Shown: positions 36,290-49,034 of the stretch, one piece after another
Numbering within the stretch: the first letter of the stretch is position 1
How the letters are laid out: every line of letters starts with the position of its first letter
Source: Lama glama
Lineage: Eukaryota
Assembly (NCBI GenBank): GCA_028534125.1
Contig: CM052817.1
Location: 33,358,267-33,422,000 of the forward strand
Length of the DNA stretch: 63,734 bases
Direction of reading: 5' to 3'
The notes under the pieces: generated by a model
What the model was told of the DNA's origin: nothing
Database searches by the model: none
What the model saw: the letters and a program-made list of their open reading frames with translations, nothing else
Program-made: the position numbers and the translations under genes

Positions 36290-36780
36290 TGTATCAGTCA
36301 GGACTCTTTCAGTTGCAAGTGAAAGAAACCAAACTCAACTAGCTTAAACCACACAGATCATGTAATGGCTTACAGAATGGAAAGGTCCAGGAGATACACC
36401 TTCAGGCTCAGTTGGATTCAGGTGCTCAGAGTTGTTACTAAAATCCTTTGCTCTGCTTTCCTTGGTATTGACTTCACTCTTAGGCAGGCTTTAGCTATTA
36501 TGGCAGCCAAGATGAGCACCAGCAGCCCCAGATTTTTTTTTTTTTTACCAGCTTGGCAAACCACAGCAGATATTTGGTCCAGACTGGGATGCGTGGCTCT
36601 TCACAACGACCATTGTGACTTCACGTGCCCTCCCTGGGAACCAGGGGTAGTCCATGGGGGGGCGGGGTCAGCTGAGCTGGAACCCCATTGATTGAAAGAG
36701 GGAAAGGGATGATTACTGGGGAAAATATCTGAGTGAAGTAGCAGAAGAAAAAGTTTGGCTGCTGAATGAGTAAACACAAT
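36290..36780 (-). mobile_element. MaLR LTR (MLT1K-like)
   Basis: TCAGTCAGGACTCTTTCAGTTGCAAGTGAAAGAAACCAAACTCAACTAGCTTAA. Confidence 0.75.
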
Positions 36781-37394
36781 TGTTACCTTTTATAGTTACG
36801 CACAATCACAAGAGGCTCATTTTTAGATCCTAAAGAGGACACAAAGATATATGTGCTGAACAAGTATCTAAGAGACCAGCAGCTACCTGCAAAACTGGCA
36901 GTCGGTGATATGGCCAAGAAATTAAGAGGATGGGGGAGACCAAAAAACTAATTCATTTGTGGAGAAGTTTACTAAACAGTCATCACTAAGAATCTCGCCA
37001 GATCTGCTCAAATTTGCTAGCACCCTAGTGTTAACTAATCTATGGCATAACTATGGATTAAGACAGTTTATCTCAAACATGGGCCCTGTTTCACCCGAGG
37101 TGCTTATGAAAATGCAGAATCCTGGTGCCCAGACCTCCTTGCCATGTCATCTGGAAAAGGACATCTGCATTTTCATATACCCTCTAGGCAACTTTTAATA
37201 AACTGGCTTACATGGTAAAATCTGGGGATTTTAGACCATAGGGTGCGTGTTTCCATTTAATCCCATTTGATATCTGCTCAGCTGCTTGGTTCGCTGACAT
37301 CCTGCTGGTGCCACACGCACTAGAAACAATGGCCCCAGGTGTACAATGGCCCCAGGTGTACTGGCGTACAGATGCAGTGTTTTAGATAACAGGG

Positions 37395-37854
37395 CTAGTA
37401 GGGTACATGGCATTATCAGGCCCAGTTCTTCACTCCCAGAGTCACATCCTTGCCTAAACATCACATTCGCAGCGAATACTTCCCCACCTATTGACTTGGA
37501 GTTTGTGTATCTTGCCTTGGCCAATGGAATATGGATGGATGTAACAGGACACAGTTCTCAATCTGGGCCTTAAGAGACCTTCGGTATCTCCACTTGCCCT
37601 CTCACGCTTTTGCCAAAGCCCTGAGAGGAGTTTCCCCTGAGGAGCCACCGCCTTTCCTTCCGGGCCCAAAGCGAACACCTCTGGCGCAGAGCTCCCCAGA
37701 TGAGTCCAGCTGGACCCACAGCTTGAAGCAGGGCCTGCCAGACACACCAAGCCTAGAATGAGCCCAGCTCACTGACACACTCATTGCTTTAAGTCACTGA
37801 GTTTGGGGTGGTTCCCTCCACAGCATCGTTGTAGTAACACAGCTAACCAATACA
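37395..37854 (+). mobile_element. MaLR LTR (MLT1F/G/H-like)
   Basis: CTTGCCTTGGCCAATGGAATATGG..TTAAGTCACTGAGTTTGGGGTGG..CAGCTAACCAATACA. Confidence 0.75.
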
Positions 37855-38485
37855 GTCAGGGGCTGTAAATATCTTTGGAGGATTGGTTTGATTTATTTGG
37901 GGTTGACTCCCTGCCTGAATTGAGGGAAACAATTTGGAGAGTTAAGCAGTGGTAATTTCACGAGGAGGGATCTTTCTGGGGGAGAGGTGGTCCTAGCTTG
38001 GTGGGAATCCAGAGGAGATGAAGGTGAAACCTGTGTTCGCTGTCAGTATCACCTTCATAAACAGCAAACATGGAGGACACCCAGCACATGCCCAGCGCTG
38101 GGTGGAGACAGCGAGAGGTGTCCGGTAGGGCCAGTGTTCTAGAAAAGCTGTGATCTCCCTGCAGGATCAAACCCAGGTCTCTTTAGAAATTCCATCTGAA
38201 TTGACTCAGATTGGCCAGATTGTTCTCAGGACACGCTGGTTGAGAAATAAGACCTTTAAAGTGAAAAAATTCTCCCTGATTCTACCCATCATCCTAATAG
38301 TTGCACCCAACAAGACTTCATCACAGAAGTCTCCAAGCCCCCGGAGCTGAGTGGATCGACGTGGAGTTGGTGAACTTGAGACGTTCTCCCTCACTGCGGT
38401 CCCTGGGGTTTGGTGTGCTAGCTCTAATCAAAATCCATTCCCCACCCAATGCCTCTATTATTACTTTCTGGTCGAGACCATCACC

Positions 38486-38662
38486 CAGGACTAGCTATTT
38501 AATTTGCAGGGCTCAGGACAAAATGAAAAATTAGGACCCATTCAAAACTTAGAATTTCACGACAGTGACCACAGAACATTAAACCAGATGTGGACCCTTC
38601 TGAGTGTGGGACCCGTCACGACTGCAGAGGAATAGAATCTCACATGCGGGAAGCCGGCCCTG
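38486..38662. mobile_element. MER45A-like hAT-Tip100 element
   Basis: Termini CAGGACTAGCT / AAGCCGGCCCTG; internal AATTTGCAGGGCTCAGGACAAAATGAAAA and CATTAAACCA. Confidence 0.75.
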
Positions 38663-39537
38663 CTGCTGCCTGGAAGGCAGCACCCAGAGCCGATGTCTAC
38701 ATGGATTAGAGGAAGCTCCAGCCAAGGGTCCAATCCTGGGTGAAATCAGAAGACGACCCCCAGACATTCATTCGACAATCACGGTGCCAACCACCTCCAA
38801 ACTGCCCATCAGGCAGAGTGGTTAATTCGAGGGAGGGCCAGCCCCACAAACAAATCAGCTGCCTCTCACCCTCAGGGCTGGAGGACAAGAGCGGACACAG
38901 CAGGGACCCGGAACTGTTCTGCAATCCCAGCGCCTCCACCCCCAGCGCCCGCAGCTGGGCCTTTCCTCACAATCATTCTGAAAATATTTGTGAGCCCCTC
39001 AAATGTGCTTCAAGTGCACTCAGACTTGCCCGTGGGTTTGAGCGATCACAGCTGGATCACAGAGGTTGCACAAGAGGAGCTGCACGTGGGGTCCTGTCCA
39101 GGACTGAGCACAGCCCAGAAACGCTCCAGCCAGACCCCGCCAAGGTAAGACAAGGGCCCCGACGCCCAGCACCTCCAGGGGCTCCCGGCCCACGGCAACT
39201 GCTCAGCACATGCAGACATTTGGCAAACAGACCCTCCTTTGAAGTCCAGGCAAAACTGGGAACTCTGCTGCCTGGGAACACGTGGCCATCAGTGGGAGGA
39301 AGGGGAGAGTGGAGCCCCAGCCCTCCTCCCCCAAAGTTTCAAAGTTGGCACTTCTTTTCCGGTAGTGTGAGCACTGCTGCTGTCCACGCAGGGCTCAAAG
39401 GCTGGTCTACCCCTCTCTCATCCTTAAAAGACTCAACACGATGCTTAAGGCCAAGTTCACAGTGTCCCCTCTACATGCTCCTGATCTCCCTCGATAGAAA
39501 TAAGGGGAGGATGTGATGGAGGGTAGAGAGAGTCTAC

Positions 39538-39705
39538 ATCGGTGGTTCTCAAGGTGAATCTCAGACCAGCAACTTTAGTAAACTGGCACCCAGTTAGAAA
39601 TGCAAATCCCAGGCCACACCCCATATCTACTACATCAGACACCCCGAAGGCAGGAGCCAGTCATCATTTAACAAGCTCTCCAGATGATTTTGATGCTCCA
39701 CTGAT
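39538..39705. mobile_element. MER5A-like element
   Basis: GTGGTTCTCAA..GTTAGAAATGCAAATCCCAGGCC..TTTAACAAGCTCTCCAGATGATT. Confidence 0.75.
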
Positions 39706-39789
39706 CTAAACAATGAAACTTCATTGCCTGAAACTATCACACCACTCATTTTCAACAGTAAGTATTTTAAAGACAATCACAATGCTACA

Positions 39790-40340
39790 AGCCAACATTA
39801 ATTCAGCATTTCTATTTGCCAGGTATGGTGCTAAGTGCTTTTACAAGCATGATTCCTTTCATAAGCCACTCACTGTCGAGTATTTTGTTATAGCAGTCTG
39901 AGCTAAAGTAACTGGGGATCTCTAAAATAACGCTGCCAGTCTTTACGGGACACAGTTGGGAGGGAGTGTGTTTGAGGTCAGCATCTGCATCAGACTGACA
40001 GGTACCGTACACGGCAACCGTGCTGGGCTCTGGGCATCTTTGACTGAGTGAGCCGGCACAGAACCACTCTGCAGTGTGACACAACGATAAACAGGGCGTA
40101 ACTGCAGTCTGCCAGCATCCTCTGCTTAGAGCGACAGCTGACCTTCACCGAGGACTTGCTGTGTGTGGGCTGGGCCCTGTCCTGAACACTTCATGGATTA
40201 TTAACCCGACTGAACAGGGGAGGAAACTGGAATGTATGTCAGTTACGGCATATCACGTGTGGTCCAGGTTCCACAGCAGGTAACAAGGCACCAGAACTCA
40301 CACGCAGGCAGTCTGGCTCCCGGGCCCCTGACCACAATGC
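39790..40340 (-). mobile_element. Two degraded MIR copies
   Basis: TGCCAGGTATGGTGCTAAGTGCTTT and GAGGAAACTGG..CAGGCAGTCTGGCTCC. Confidence 0.55.
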
Positions 40341-40949
40341 CGCCTCCTCTTTAATGCAACTTGAAATGGAGTTTGGCTGCAGAGAGAAACGCACCCTCTA
40401 GTCCCATCAACAGCAACCAGATATGAAAGAAGCCACCGAAATTCACCTGGCTTGGCCCTCAGCCACAATCCCAGGGAAGATGCTATTTTTTTTCAATAGA
40501 TGAAATAACCAAGGCTCTTAGGTTAAAAAGAAAAGAAACTTATCCAATAAATGGTGGCTGAACCAACAAGCATTTTTTACATGTGTGGTCAGCTTGGTGG
40601 GAGCCTGGTGGACCATAAACTGGAAAAGCCCAGGTGGTGTGGTGGGGCCTCCTCTCTGTGAGCCTGGCCCCACCATGCAGAACTCCTGGGGCCTGGCACA
40701 CCACTTGTTTGCTGGTGGTTGTGCTAACGGGCTGGCCTGGTCCAGCAGGCAGCTGGGAGCCTCTCCTACACACCTCCAGCCCCTTTCCTGGCTCCATGCA
40801 GCAGCGCACAAGGAGGCTGCCAACATCCCATCTGACATCCACTGCAAGCCAGAAGAGCTTTAGAGAAGTGGCCCTTGGGCAGGGTTATGGGGACTCCTGC
40901 AGAGAGGAGTGAACCAAAGGGCCAGCTCTCAGCAGGACTTGGTGGGGAC

Positions 40950-41800
40950 AGCCTGTGAGCCTGGTTCTTCTCTTGTTGAGCACGAAGTGAAGAGGCTGAT
41001 GGGGACTCCATGGTGGGGAACTTCAAGCAATCCACAACCTATGTTCCCTGAAATTCAGGGAGACTGATATTCTCACCTAAAATGTCTAAAAGCCAGTGTG
41101 GGACGGAGTAGCAGCTTGCCTGAGAAAGGTCAATGCTTGCTGAGTTTGGGATGGGGCGGGCAAGGATGCATGATTGGTATCCAGTCAAATGTGGATCCTG
41201 AGGAAGGGAGCTGGTGGTGGGTCATTTCCAAAGGAATCCTGCACAAGAGAGCCTCCCTCCAGAGGGATGAGGTGACCCCAACAGAGAACCAACCAGAAGA
41301 CAAGAGATGAGGGGAGGGGGCAACTGAAGCCAGTCAAAGCAGATACTGCCTTAGGAACATTGGATGTGAAATCCTCAGTGCTGGGGACCCCAGGAACCCA
41401 AGGAAGAGCAAGCTTTGGAGCACACAGCATGCAGAGGACCCTGATGCTAAATTGCAGTGACAATTTTGCCCTTGTCCTCTAATTCACCCAACCCCATCCT
41501 GACCCTTGAGAGCAAAACAACACCTAGAAGTGAGGTCTAGTGAAAAGGGGAGAAGAAAATGACTGTATCCTCATTCACTGCCCCTTGCCTGAGGCAAGCC
41601 AGAGCTGCAGGAGGAGAAAACATTCTCATTGGGTGAGAGTTCAGAGCTTAAATACTGGATGAGACTGGACTTTAATATTTGAAATTGACCAAAAAAGTTA
41701 TGAGATCTGCCTGAGATTTTACCCAAGGGGTATTGAAGAATAATTCAAGTTTTCAAAGTATCTGATGGGAAATGGTGAAAAAGGAAAACGTTGCTTTCTA
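40950..41800. mobile_element. Probable ancient LTR (LTR78/MamGypsy class), uncertain
   Basis: GACTGGACTTTAAT..AAAGTTATGAGATCTGCCTGAGAT resembles remembered ancient LTR consensus. Confidence 0.35.
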
Positions 41801-42689
41801 GTCAGAATTACTGATGTTCAATTCATTCATTTATACATACTCATACACTATATGCACAAAGACACACACACACACATCTCTCTTTGCATATTAATTCATA
41901 AGCATAAGGATGTCCAAAAAAGGCAGATTGGTGCTATATGATACTGTATTATAACAGGAGTAATAGGAGTATTGTAAGAGAAAGTCAAATCAATAAAGGG
42001 TGAAACAAATGCCAAGAATATGTCTTGGATCCTTGGAGAGACAGCATGACCCTATGTCAAGAACTTGTCATTGAAAACTCAACACATGACAAGTACACAG
42101 ATTATGGGAAGAGGATAGTACTTGGGAATAGGTACCCAGGCTGAAAACTCAGTGTGGTCAATGCAGGGCCAAGTGTCCATTTCATAGCAGGTGATCAATT
42201 ATTTCATTTGTTAGTAGGCACTGTGTGAGCACACACAACGTGCTTGGAACCACCGGGATACATGGGGAATCTTTTCAAATAGTAAGTGTTCCCATCACCT
42301 GAGTGGAATTTCTTATACTCTTGACTCATAAAATACAACAGGTTGCCTTCTTTTAAAAGACCCTATCCTTCTCAGAGTAGATATTTTGTATAGTCACAGA
42401 ACACTAATTTTCTAATAGAATCTCTTTTTTGAGAAGGCAGAAAGATGTGTGTAATACGGTAAAAATCAGTATCATCTACGAAGGAACTGCGGACTAGCAA
42501 GTAGGTCCTGGGTTGGGGGCTGTCCTTCACTTTGGTACTCAGGGATCGCCTTAGAGAAATTTTAGCTGCCAGCTCTTAGAACACTTTATACATTTTAGAT
42601 TAAACATTTTTGATTGCACACAGAGTTTTAGAAGAAAGCCTATTGATTAAACAATGTCTCAATCTTAGCCATAATACTAAACCTTGTGT

Positions 42690-43115
42690 GTTTAATTTAA
42701 GTAGAAAAGAATGATCTCAAGTACAAAGGCTTACGTGAGATGAAGGCTTGTTTATCTCTTATGTAGAAGTCCGGAGTGAAGCAGTGGTCTTGGGTGTCAA
42801 CGGTTCTACTCCACGAGCTCATCCATGCACCAGGCTTGGAATCTCTGCTCTTATCAAATGTGGATTTCATTTCTGGGTCCAAGAGTGCGGCTCCAATGCC
42901 ACTGTCACCATTTCCCACTGGTTAGGGATGTCCCCCATGGTGACCACATAACTTCCTTTCATGTATCCTTGGCCCAAAAGTGGTCACAAGGCCACAAGTA
43001 AGGCTGGATAATATGGTTTGTAGCTAGGCACCAACACACCCATGAAACACAGCAGTTCTGTTACTAAGTAAAAAATGAGAGAGTGGATACAGAGAGTGGC
43101 AGGGGGACAGAAGTC
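42690..43115 (-). mobile_element. Old MaLR LTR (MLT1J/K-like)
   Basis: GGTCACAAGGCCACA..AGGCTGG and TTCTGTTACTAAG..GAGAGTGGATA. Confidence 0.6.
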
Positions 43116-43716
43116 TCCTCTGTAATTCAGTAATTACTAGAAAGAAATTGAGCCCATAATTTCACTTAACACTGACTGGGTGTTTCCTGTGGGCCAGGAT
43201 TCTAACTTGGTATAGAGATAACCTTCCCAGAAAAAAAGGCTTTGTTAGTGTGATGCCTTTAAAAGGAAAAAAAATCCCAACATGTTTTAACTAAACTCAC
43301 AGATAGGGCCAACCCTTATATACTCATTTCCCCGTGGGAAATCACAGCAGAGGCCAACCCGCTCTCTTCTCACCTGGCATCAATTGAATTAAAATATCTT
43401 GAACACCCACAGATGACACAGCAAGGGATGAGCTCGTGGTGATGTGAAGTTTGTAATGGCTCTGCTGCTAGATACAACGTTGTGTGACCCTGGAGAAATA
43501 ACAGACGGGGCCTGGGTTTCTGGTTCATGAATTCCTCCAGCAAACATGCACCTGCTGACTGCTGTGCAGGCTCTGAGCTAGGTCTCTGGTGGTAGCTTCC
43601 ATCTTCACTTTCTTGGACTCTTCATGATGCTCTACATACCCCAGCCTCTGTGGACCATAGAGATATGGCTATAATCTCATCACACACACAAAGCAAACAA
43701 ACCTGGGCGTGGGACT

Positions 43717-44050
43717 TGTGGCAAGACTGCTAATTATCCTCAGTATCCATTCTCTTGTTCGTTTACTGGAATAGAATCCTCAGTTTTCACTTGGGCATGA
43801 GGCTGCCCCTTCCATCCTCCTTGGTTGCTAAGGGTGGCCAAGGCACAAAGTTCTGGCCAATGGTGTGTGAGGGAGAGTGATGTGTGCAACTTCTGAATTA
43901 CGCCCCGAACAACAGGAGGTGCGCCCTCCCATTCCCTTCCCCAGTTCCTGCTGGTTTGGATGCGAGCAAGATAGTGAGTTTTCTGGTATCACATGGATGG
44001 GGGCACCACCCAAGGATGGCAGAGAAACAGGATGGAAGAAGCCTGGTACC
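43717..44050 (+). mobile_element. MaLR LTR (MLT1I/J-like), cut by an MLT1F-like LTR
   Basis: TGTGGCAAGACTGCT..AAGTTCTGGCCAATGG..GGATGGCAGAG..GGAAGAAGCCTGG. Confidence 0.7.
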
Positions 44051-44590
44051 TGTATTTTCTCTTTCTCTATAATAATTCACCCTAAAATGTAGTGGCTTAA
44101 GTAACAAGCATTTATAATCTCACTGCTGCTCTGGCTCAGGAATCTGGGCAGGGCTTTGCTGGATCCCTGGCTCAGGGTCTCTCCCAAGGTTGTAACCAAG
44201 GTGTTGGCCAGGGCCGCTGTATCTCAGAGCTCAACTGAGGTGAGATCCATCCAAGCTCACTCATGCAGTTGTTGGCAGCTGTCGGGTCCCAGCTGGATGC
44301 TGACCTGAGATGTCAGTTCCTGGCTATGGGGGCCTCTCTGGGGGGCAGCTCACAACATGGCAGCTGGCTTCCCCCAGAGTAAGCAAGAGAGAGAGAGAGA
44401 GACAGCAGAACGGAAGGCAGTCCTCCTGCAGCCCAGCCTCAGAAGTGACATCCCATCACCTCTGCCGTGTACTGTTTGTTAAGAGGGAGTCACCAGGTCT
44501 AGCCTCCACTCAAGGGGAAGTGATTACACAAGGGCATGGAAACCGGGAGGAGAGGATCACTGGGAGCCATCTCAGAGGCTGCCTCCCGTG
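44051..44590 (-). mobile_element. MaLR LTR (MLT1F-like)
   Basis: GTGGCTTAAGTAACAAGCATTTAT..CTCACAACATGGCAGCTGGCTTCCCCCAGAG..CCTCAGAAGTGACATCCCATCAC. Confidence 0.85.
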
Positions 44591-44944
44591 ATCCTGGCAC
44601 CAGGGAGTCGCCCTCTCCCAGCTGGTCTGTCTGTGCTACAACCATTAGGGGAAGTTAAAGAAGTGCTCATGTTCTTTAAAGCAGAGTGTGCGTTACAGTG
44701 GCCACACCTGTATTCTAATCAATAGTACTGAATCTGTTTCATTCCAGGAAACATTATTCCAGTTGGTAAACATTATTTCTGCAGGAGACATTTTCCAGAA
44801 TAACTGCCCAACTAAACCCTTTTCTCAGAAAATTTCCCCCTTTCTCCACCTCTGCCCTACGTCTCCTTTCTGGGGACTTCTGCGGTCATTTTTGTAATAA
44901 ATTAACTCCAGTTCTCTCTGGCTTCATCCAATTAAAGAAAGTTT

Positions 44945-45535
44945 AACCTAAATGTCCATCAACAGATGACGGGATAAAGAAGTTGCAATATATGTGTGTG
45001 TGTGTGTATATATATATACAAATATTCCATTGTGTGTGTATATATATACACACATACACACACATACATACACACACAATGGAATATTACTCAGCCATTA
45101 AAAAGAATGAAATAATGCCATTTGCAGCAATATGGATGGACCTAGAGATGATCATACAAGTGAAGTAAGTCAGAGAAAAACAAATATCATGTAATATCAG
45201 TTATATATAAAACAAATGATACAAATGAATTTATTTACAGAACAGAAAGAGACTCACATAGAAAACAAACTCATAGTTACCAAAGGGGAATGGTGACGGG
45301 AGGGATAAATTAGGAGTTTGGGATTAGGAGATACAAATGAGTATATATACAATAGATAAACAACAAGGTCCTACTGTATAGCACAGGGAACTACATTTAA
45401 TATCTTGTAATAGCCTATAATGAAAAAGAATATGAAAAGGAGCATATATATATGTATAACTGAATCACTTTGCTGTACATCAGAAACTAACACAACATTG
45501 TAAATCAACTATACTTCAATTAAAAAGAAAAAAGA
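44945..45535 (+). mobile_element. Artiodactyl-type L1 3' end
   Basis: AACCTAAATGTCCATCAACAGATGA; translation MEYYSAIKKNEIMPFAAIWMDLE; CTACTGTATAGCACAGGGAAC; A-rich tail. Confidence 0.92.
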
Positions 45536-46964
45536 CGGGTTAAACAGCTGAATTAAGTTGCACCAACTCTGCCCCACAGGCATTTAGAATTGGGATCCAG
45601 AGATCCTGGTTGGTGCCCGAGAGAACTGAGCATCATGTGAAGCAAGGATTGGATCTGCATGTACATGGGGAAGTGGAAAGCCAGTTCACAGAGGGAAGGA
45701 GGAGGCAGATGTGCAGAGAGACAGCTCAGCTCAGGGCTACCTGTTCCAGGTGCCGCTGAAGCCGGGCTCTCCCCTAACCCCGGGTATGTGTGATGCCGCC
45801 ATACCACTCCACAGATATGTCCTCACTTCCCCGCCTCCTTTTTTTTTTTTCTCATTTAAACCAGTGTGAAGGGTCCTCAGGTCTTTGAAATTAAACAATA
45901 TCTGACTAATAAAGGCCCTTAGTTTTTTGTGAATTTTCAACACCTAACCTTAACATTATCTGAACCAGCCCACAGCATCCTCATACACTCACTTCCTCCC
46001 TGAAAAAAATAATGAAGTCTGGCTGGGAAACACTGGGGTGAGGTCATCTGGGCCCACTGGGAAAGAACTGTGCCACGGAGGACACTGTGTTGACATATGT
46101 CTGTGGTTTGATTCCTTACTCTGCTGGAAGTCAGAAGACTATGTTTTAGTGTGTGCAGTGAAATGCCAATGGGGCGACACCCCCACTAAGTGACGAAGGA
46201 CTAAAGAAGTCACCTTCTCTTGCCTTAACCTTCTGTGCACCCACATGCTGCTTGTCTAGACCAAAACCAAGTTTCTCTGCATTCTTGTTACCGAGTCGTT
46301 AGAAAGAGCCCCCCACTCTGCATTCACCCCACACCCTCCCCTGAAGCAGTCAACTTTGCTCCAGGTCATTTAATGGCGGCGCTCTAAGGGGCAGTCCCTG
46401 CTCTGCGACAGCATCTCTCTCCACACACCCCCTCAGTGTCCTACTCTTGGTCTGAATTGTTTACTGCGGAATCCAGGCCAGGGTGCTGTGGACGGATTGT
46501 ATTTCTTTAGTGGAATTCTGCACTCCCCTTCCTAAGTCACACTCTGCATTCCTCTGATGCCTCCCTGAGCTGGAGGGGCGCTCTGCCGCAAAGCTATTGG
46601 CTGCACAGCCCAGGGAGGGCTCGTCCCCAGCCTCGTCCTAGCAGCTGACCCTCTTGTGTAGAAAGAGGCAAAGTGGGATGCGGTAAACAGGAAGGCAGCA
46701 AGCCCGGCTTGGCCTGGAGAGCAGGAAACATCAGCGACCACGCTCAGCCCTGGACTCGGATCACAACCTTTGGAGCTTGCAACGCCTCCCAGGCTGGTTT
46801 GAAGACTGCTCCAGCAGCTTGGAATTGTCAGCGCAGCAGGAAGGATCTGTCCTAAGATGCCACCTCAAGAATTCCAGTTTCTGAGTCTGGTGTGATAGAT
46901 GGATCAACAGATGGATGAAAGGAGGAGAAGGGGGAGTTGGAGGGAGCAGTGACGGATGAGCCAA

Positions 46965-47212
46965 CTCCTCACCGTCTTATTTTAAACTGCCGCTGACCCC
47001 ACCCCACCCTGTACTCCCAGCTCCTCCTCACCAGGCTGCACTTCTCTATTTCTGTACCCTCTAACATACTATACTTCTATCATTTATCTTTCCATCCTAG
47101 CACATAAGCTCCAGGAGGGCAGGGATCTCTGTTTGTACCCAGATAGCTCCTCTGAGTCAGCACAATGCCTGGTACACAAAAAGTTCTTAAAAAAATACTG
47201 AATGAATGAATG
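46965..47212 (+). mobile_element. L2 3' end
   Basis: TAAGCTCCAGGAGGGCAGGGATC..CACAATGCCTGGTACACA..TGAATGAATGAATG. Confidence 0.8.
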
Positions 47213-47364
47213 GGTTTCCTTCGGGATGCTTGTAACAATATCCTTACTACATGTTTTTTACTGTATTCTCTTCCTGTTCTCCAAATGAGAAATGCCCTCT
47301 CCCAACCCTACCAGTCAATCTCATTCAGCTTCCAAAGGCCAGCTCCAAGTCCATTTCTGCAAGA

Positions 47365-47530
47365 TGGCAGTGTGGTTAAGAGCCAGGCTTCTGGAGTTCA
47401 AATCCCTGTTCTACTGCTTGCTCAATGTGTGACTTTGATTAAGTCACGTCATATCTCTAAGCCTTAATTTCTGTATCTAATGGGGTTACTGTGAAAACGA
47501 AATAATATGGTATCTGCAGTATGCTTAAAT
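47365..47530 (+). mobile_element. MIR SINE
   Basis: GTGTGGTTAAGAGCCAGGCTTCTGGAGTTCAAATCCC. Confidence 0.75.
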
Positions 47531-47683
47531 AACACACCTCTGCTGCTGCTCTCCAGTTAGGCACCTTCTTTCCTCCTTTGAACGCCGATATTACATGGAG
47601 TCTCTCTTAAGAACCTGTCACGTTTCCTCCTATATTCTAGTTGTCTTTACACATATAGCATTTTCCTTAAAAGAAGGGTCCTT

Positions 47684-47893
47684 CTCAACAGACACAAGAA
47701 GAGATGCTCAGTATCACTAATCATCAGGGAAACGCAAATCAAAACCACAGTGAGATACCACCTCACACCTGCCAGAGTGGCCATCATCAAAAAGAACACA
47801 AATAACAAATGTTGGTGAGGATGTGGAGGACAGGGAACCCTCGTACACTGTGGGTGGGAATGTAAATTGGGGCAGCCACTACGGAAAACAGTA
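47684..47893 (+). mobile_element. L1 ORF2 C-terminal fragment
   Basis: CACTAATCATCAGGGAAACGCAAATCAAAACCACAGTGAGATACCACCTCACACC. Confidence 0.9.
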
Positions 47894-47904
47894 CAGTATC
47901 GACT

Positions 47905-49034
47905 GATGGACTGAGTGAAGCACAGTTGATTTACAATGTTTCAAGGGTACCACAAAGTGATTCAGTTGTATGTGTGTGTATGTATGTATGTGTACGTGTG
48001 TGTGTGTGTGTATATATATATATTTTTTTTTCTTTTCAGGTTCTTTTCTATTATAGATTACTACAAGATATTGAATATTAAAAAAATGAACATAAATACA
48101 AAACAGAAACAGACTCATAGACATAGAATACAAACTTGTGGTTGCCGGGGGGAGGGGGGTGGGAAGGGACACATTGGGAGTTCGAAATTTGTAGATACTG
48201 ACAGGCATATGTAGAATAGATATACAAGATTATACTGTGTAGCACAGGGAAATACATACAAGATCTTGTGGTAGATCACAGAGAAAAAGAATGTGACAAT
48301 GAATACATGTATGTGCATGTATAACTGAAAAATTGTGCTCTACACTGGAAAATGACATAACATTGTAAAATGACCATAACTCAATAAAAAATGTTTAAAA
48401 ACAGATATTGAATATAGTTCCTTGTGCTATATAGTAGGTCCTTGTTGTTTATTTTATATATAATAGTGTGTATCTGTTAATCTCAAATTCCTAATTTATC
48501 CCTCCCCCCACCATTTCCCTTTGGTAACTATAAGTTTATTTTCTGTCTATGAGTCTCTTTCTGTTTTGTAAATAAGTTCATTTGTATCATTTTTTTTAGA
48601 TTCCATATACAAATGATATCATATGACATTTGTCTTTCTCTATCTGACTTACCTCACTTAGTATGCTAATCTCTAGGTCCAACCATGTTGCTGCAAATGG
48701 CGTTATTTCATTCTTTGTTATGGCTGAGTAGTATGCCACTGTACCACATTGTACCACATCTTTTTTACCCAGTCATCTGTCAATGGACATTTAGGTTGTG
48801 TCCATGTCTTGGCTACTGTAAACAGTGCTGCTATGAACACTGGGGTGCATGTGTCTTTTAAAATTAGAGTTTTCTCCAGATATATGTCCAGGAGTGGGAT
48901 TGTCAGATCATATGTCAACTCTATTTTTAGTTTCTTAAGGCACCTCCATACCGTTCTCCATAGTGGCTACATCAGTTGACATTCCCACCAACAGTGCAGG
49001 AGGCTTCCCTTTTCTCCACACCCTCTCCAGCATG
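47905..49034 (-). mobile_element. Artiodactyl-type L1 (ORF2 end and 3' UTR), host of a nested L1
   Basis: ORF track 48718-48918 gives DTCTPVFIAALFTVAKTWTQPKCP; the 3' UTR is continuous across the insert. Confidence 0.92.
48079..48402 (+). mobile_element. Young 5'-truncated L1 3' end nested in an older L1
   Basis: 13-bp TSD AGATATTGAATAT at 48066-48078 and 48403-48415; AATAAA and a short A-rich tail. Confidence 0.9.

Noticed and set aside
38740..39516. Longest ORF in the track (258 aa)
   Set aside because: Starts at GTG, is Pro/Ser/Arg-rich as expected from GC-rich non-coding DNA, has no recognisable domain and no exon context
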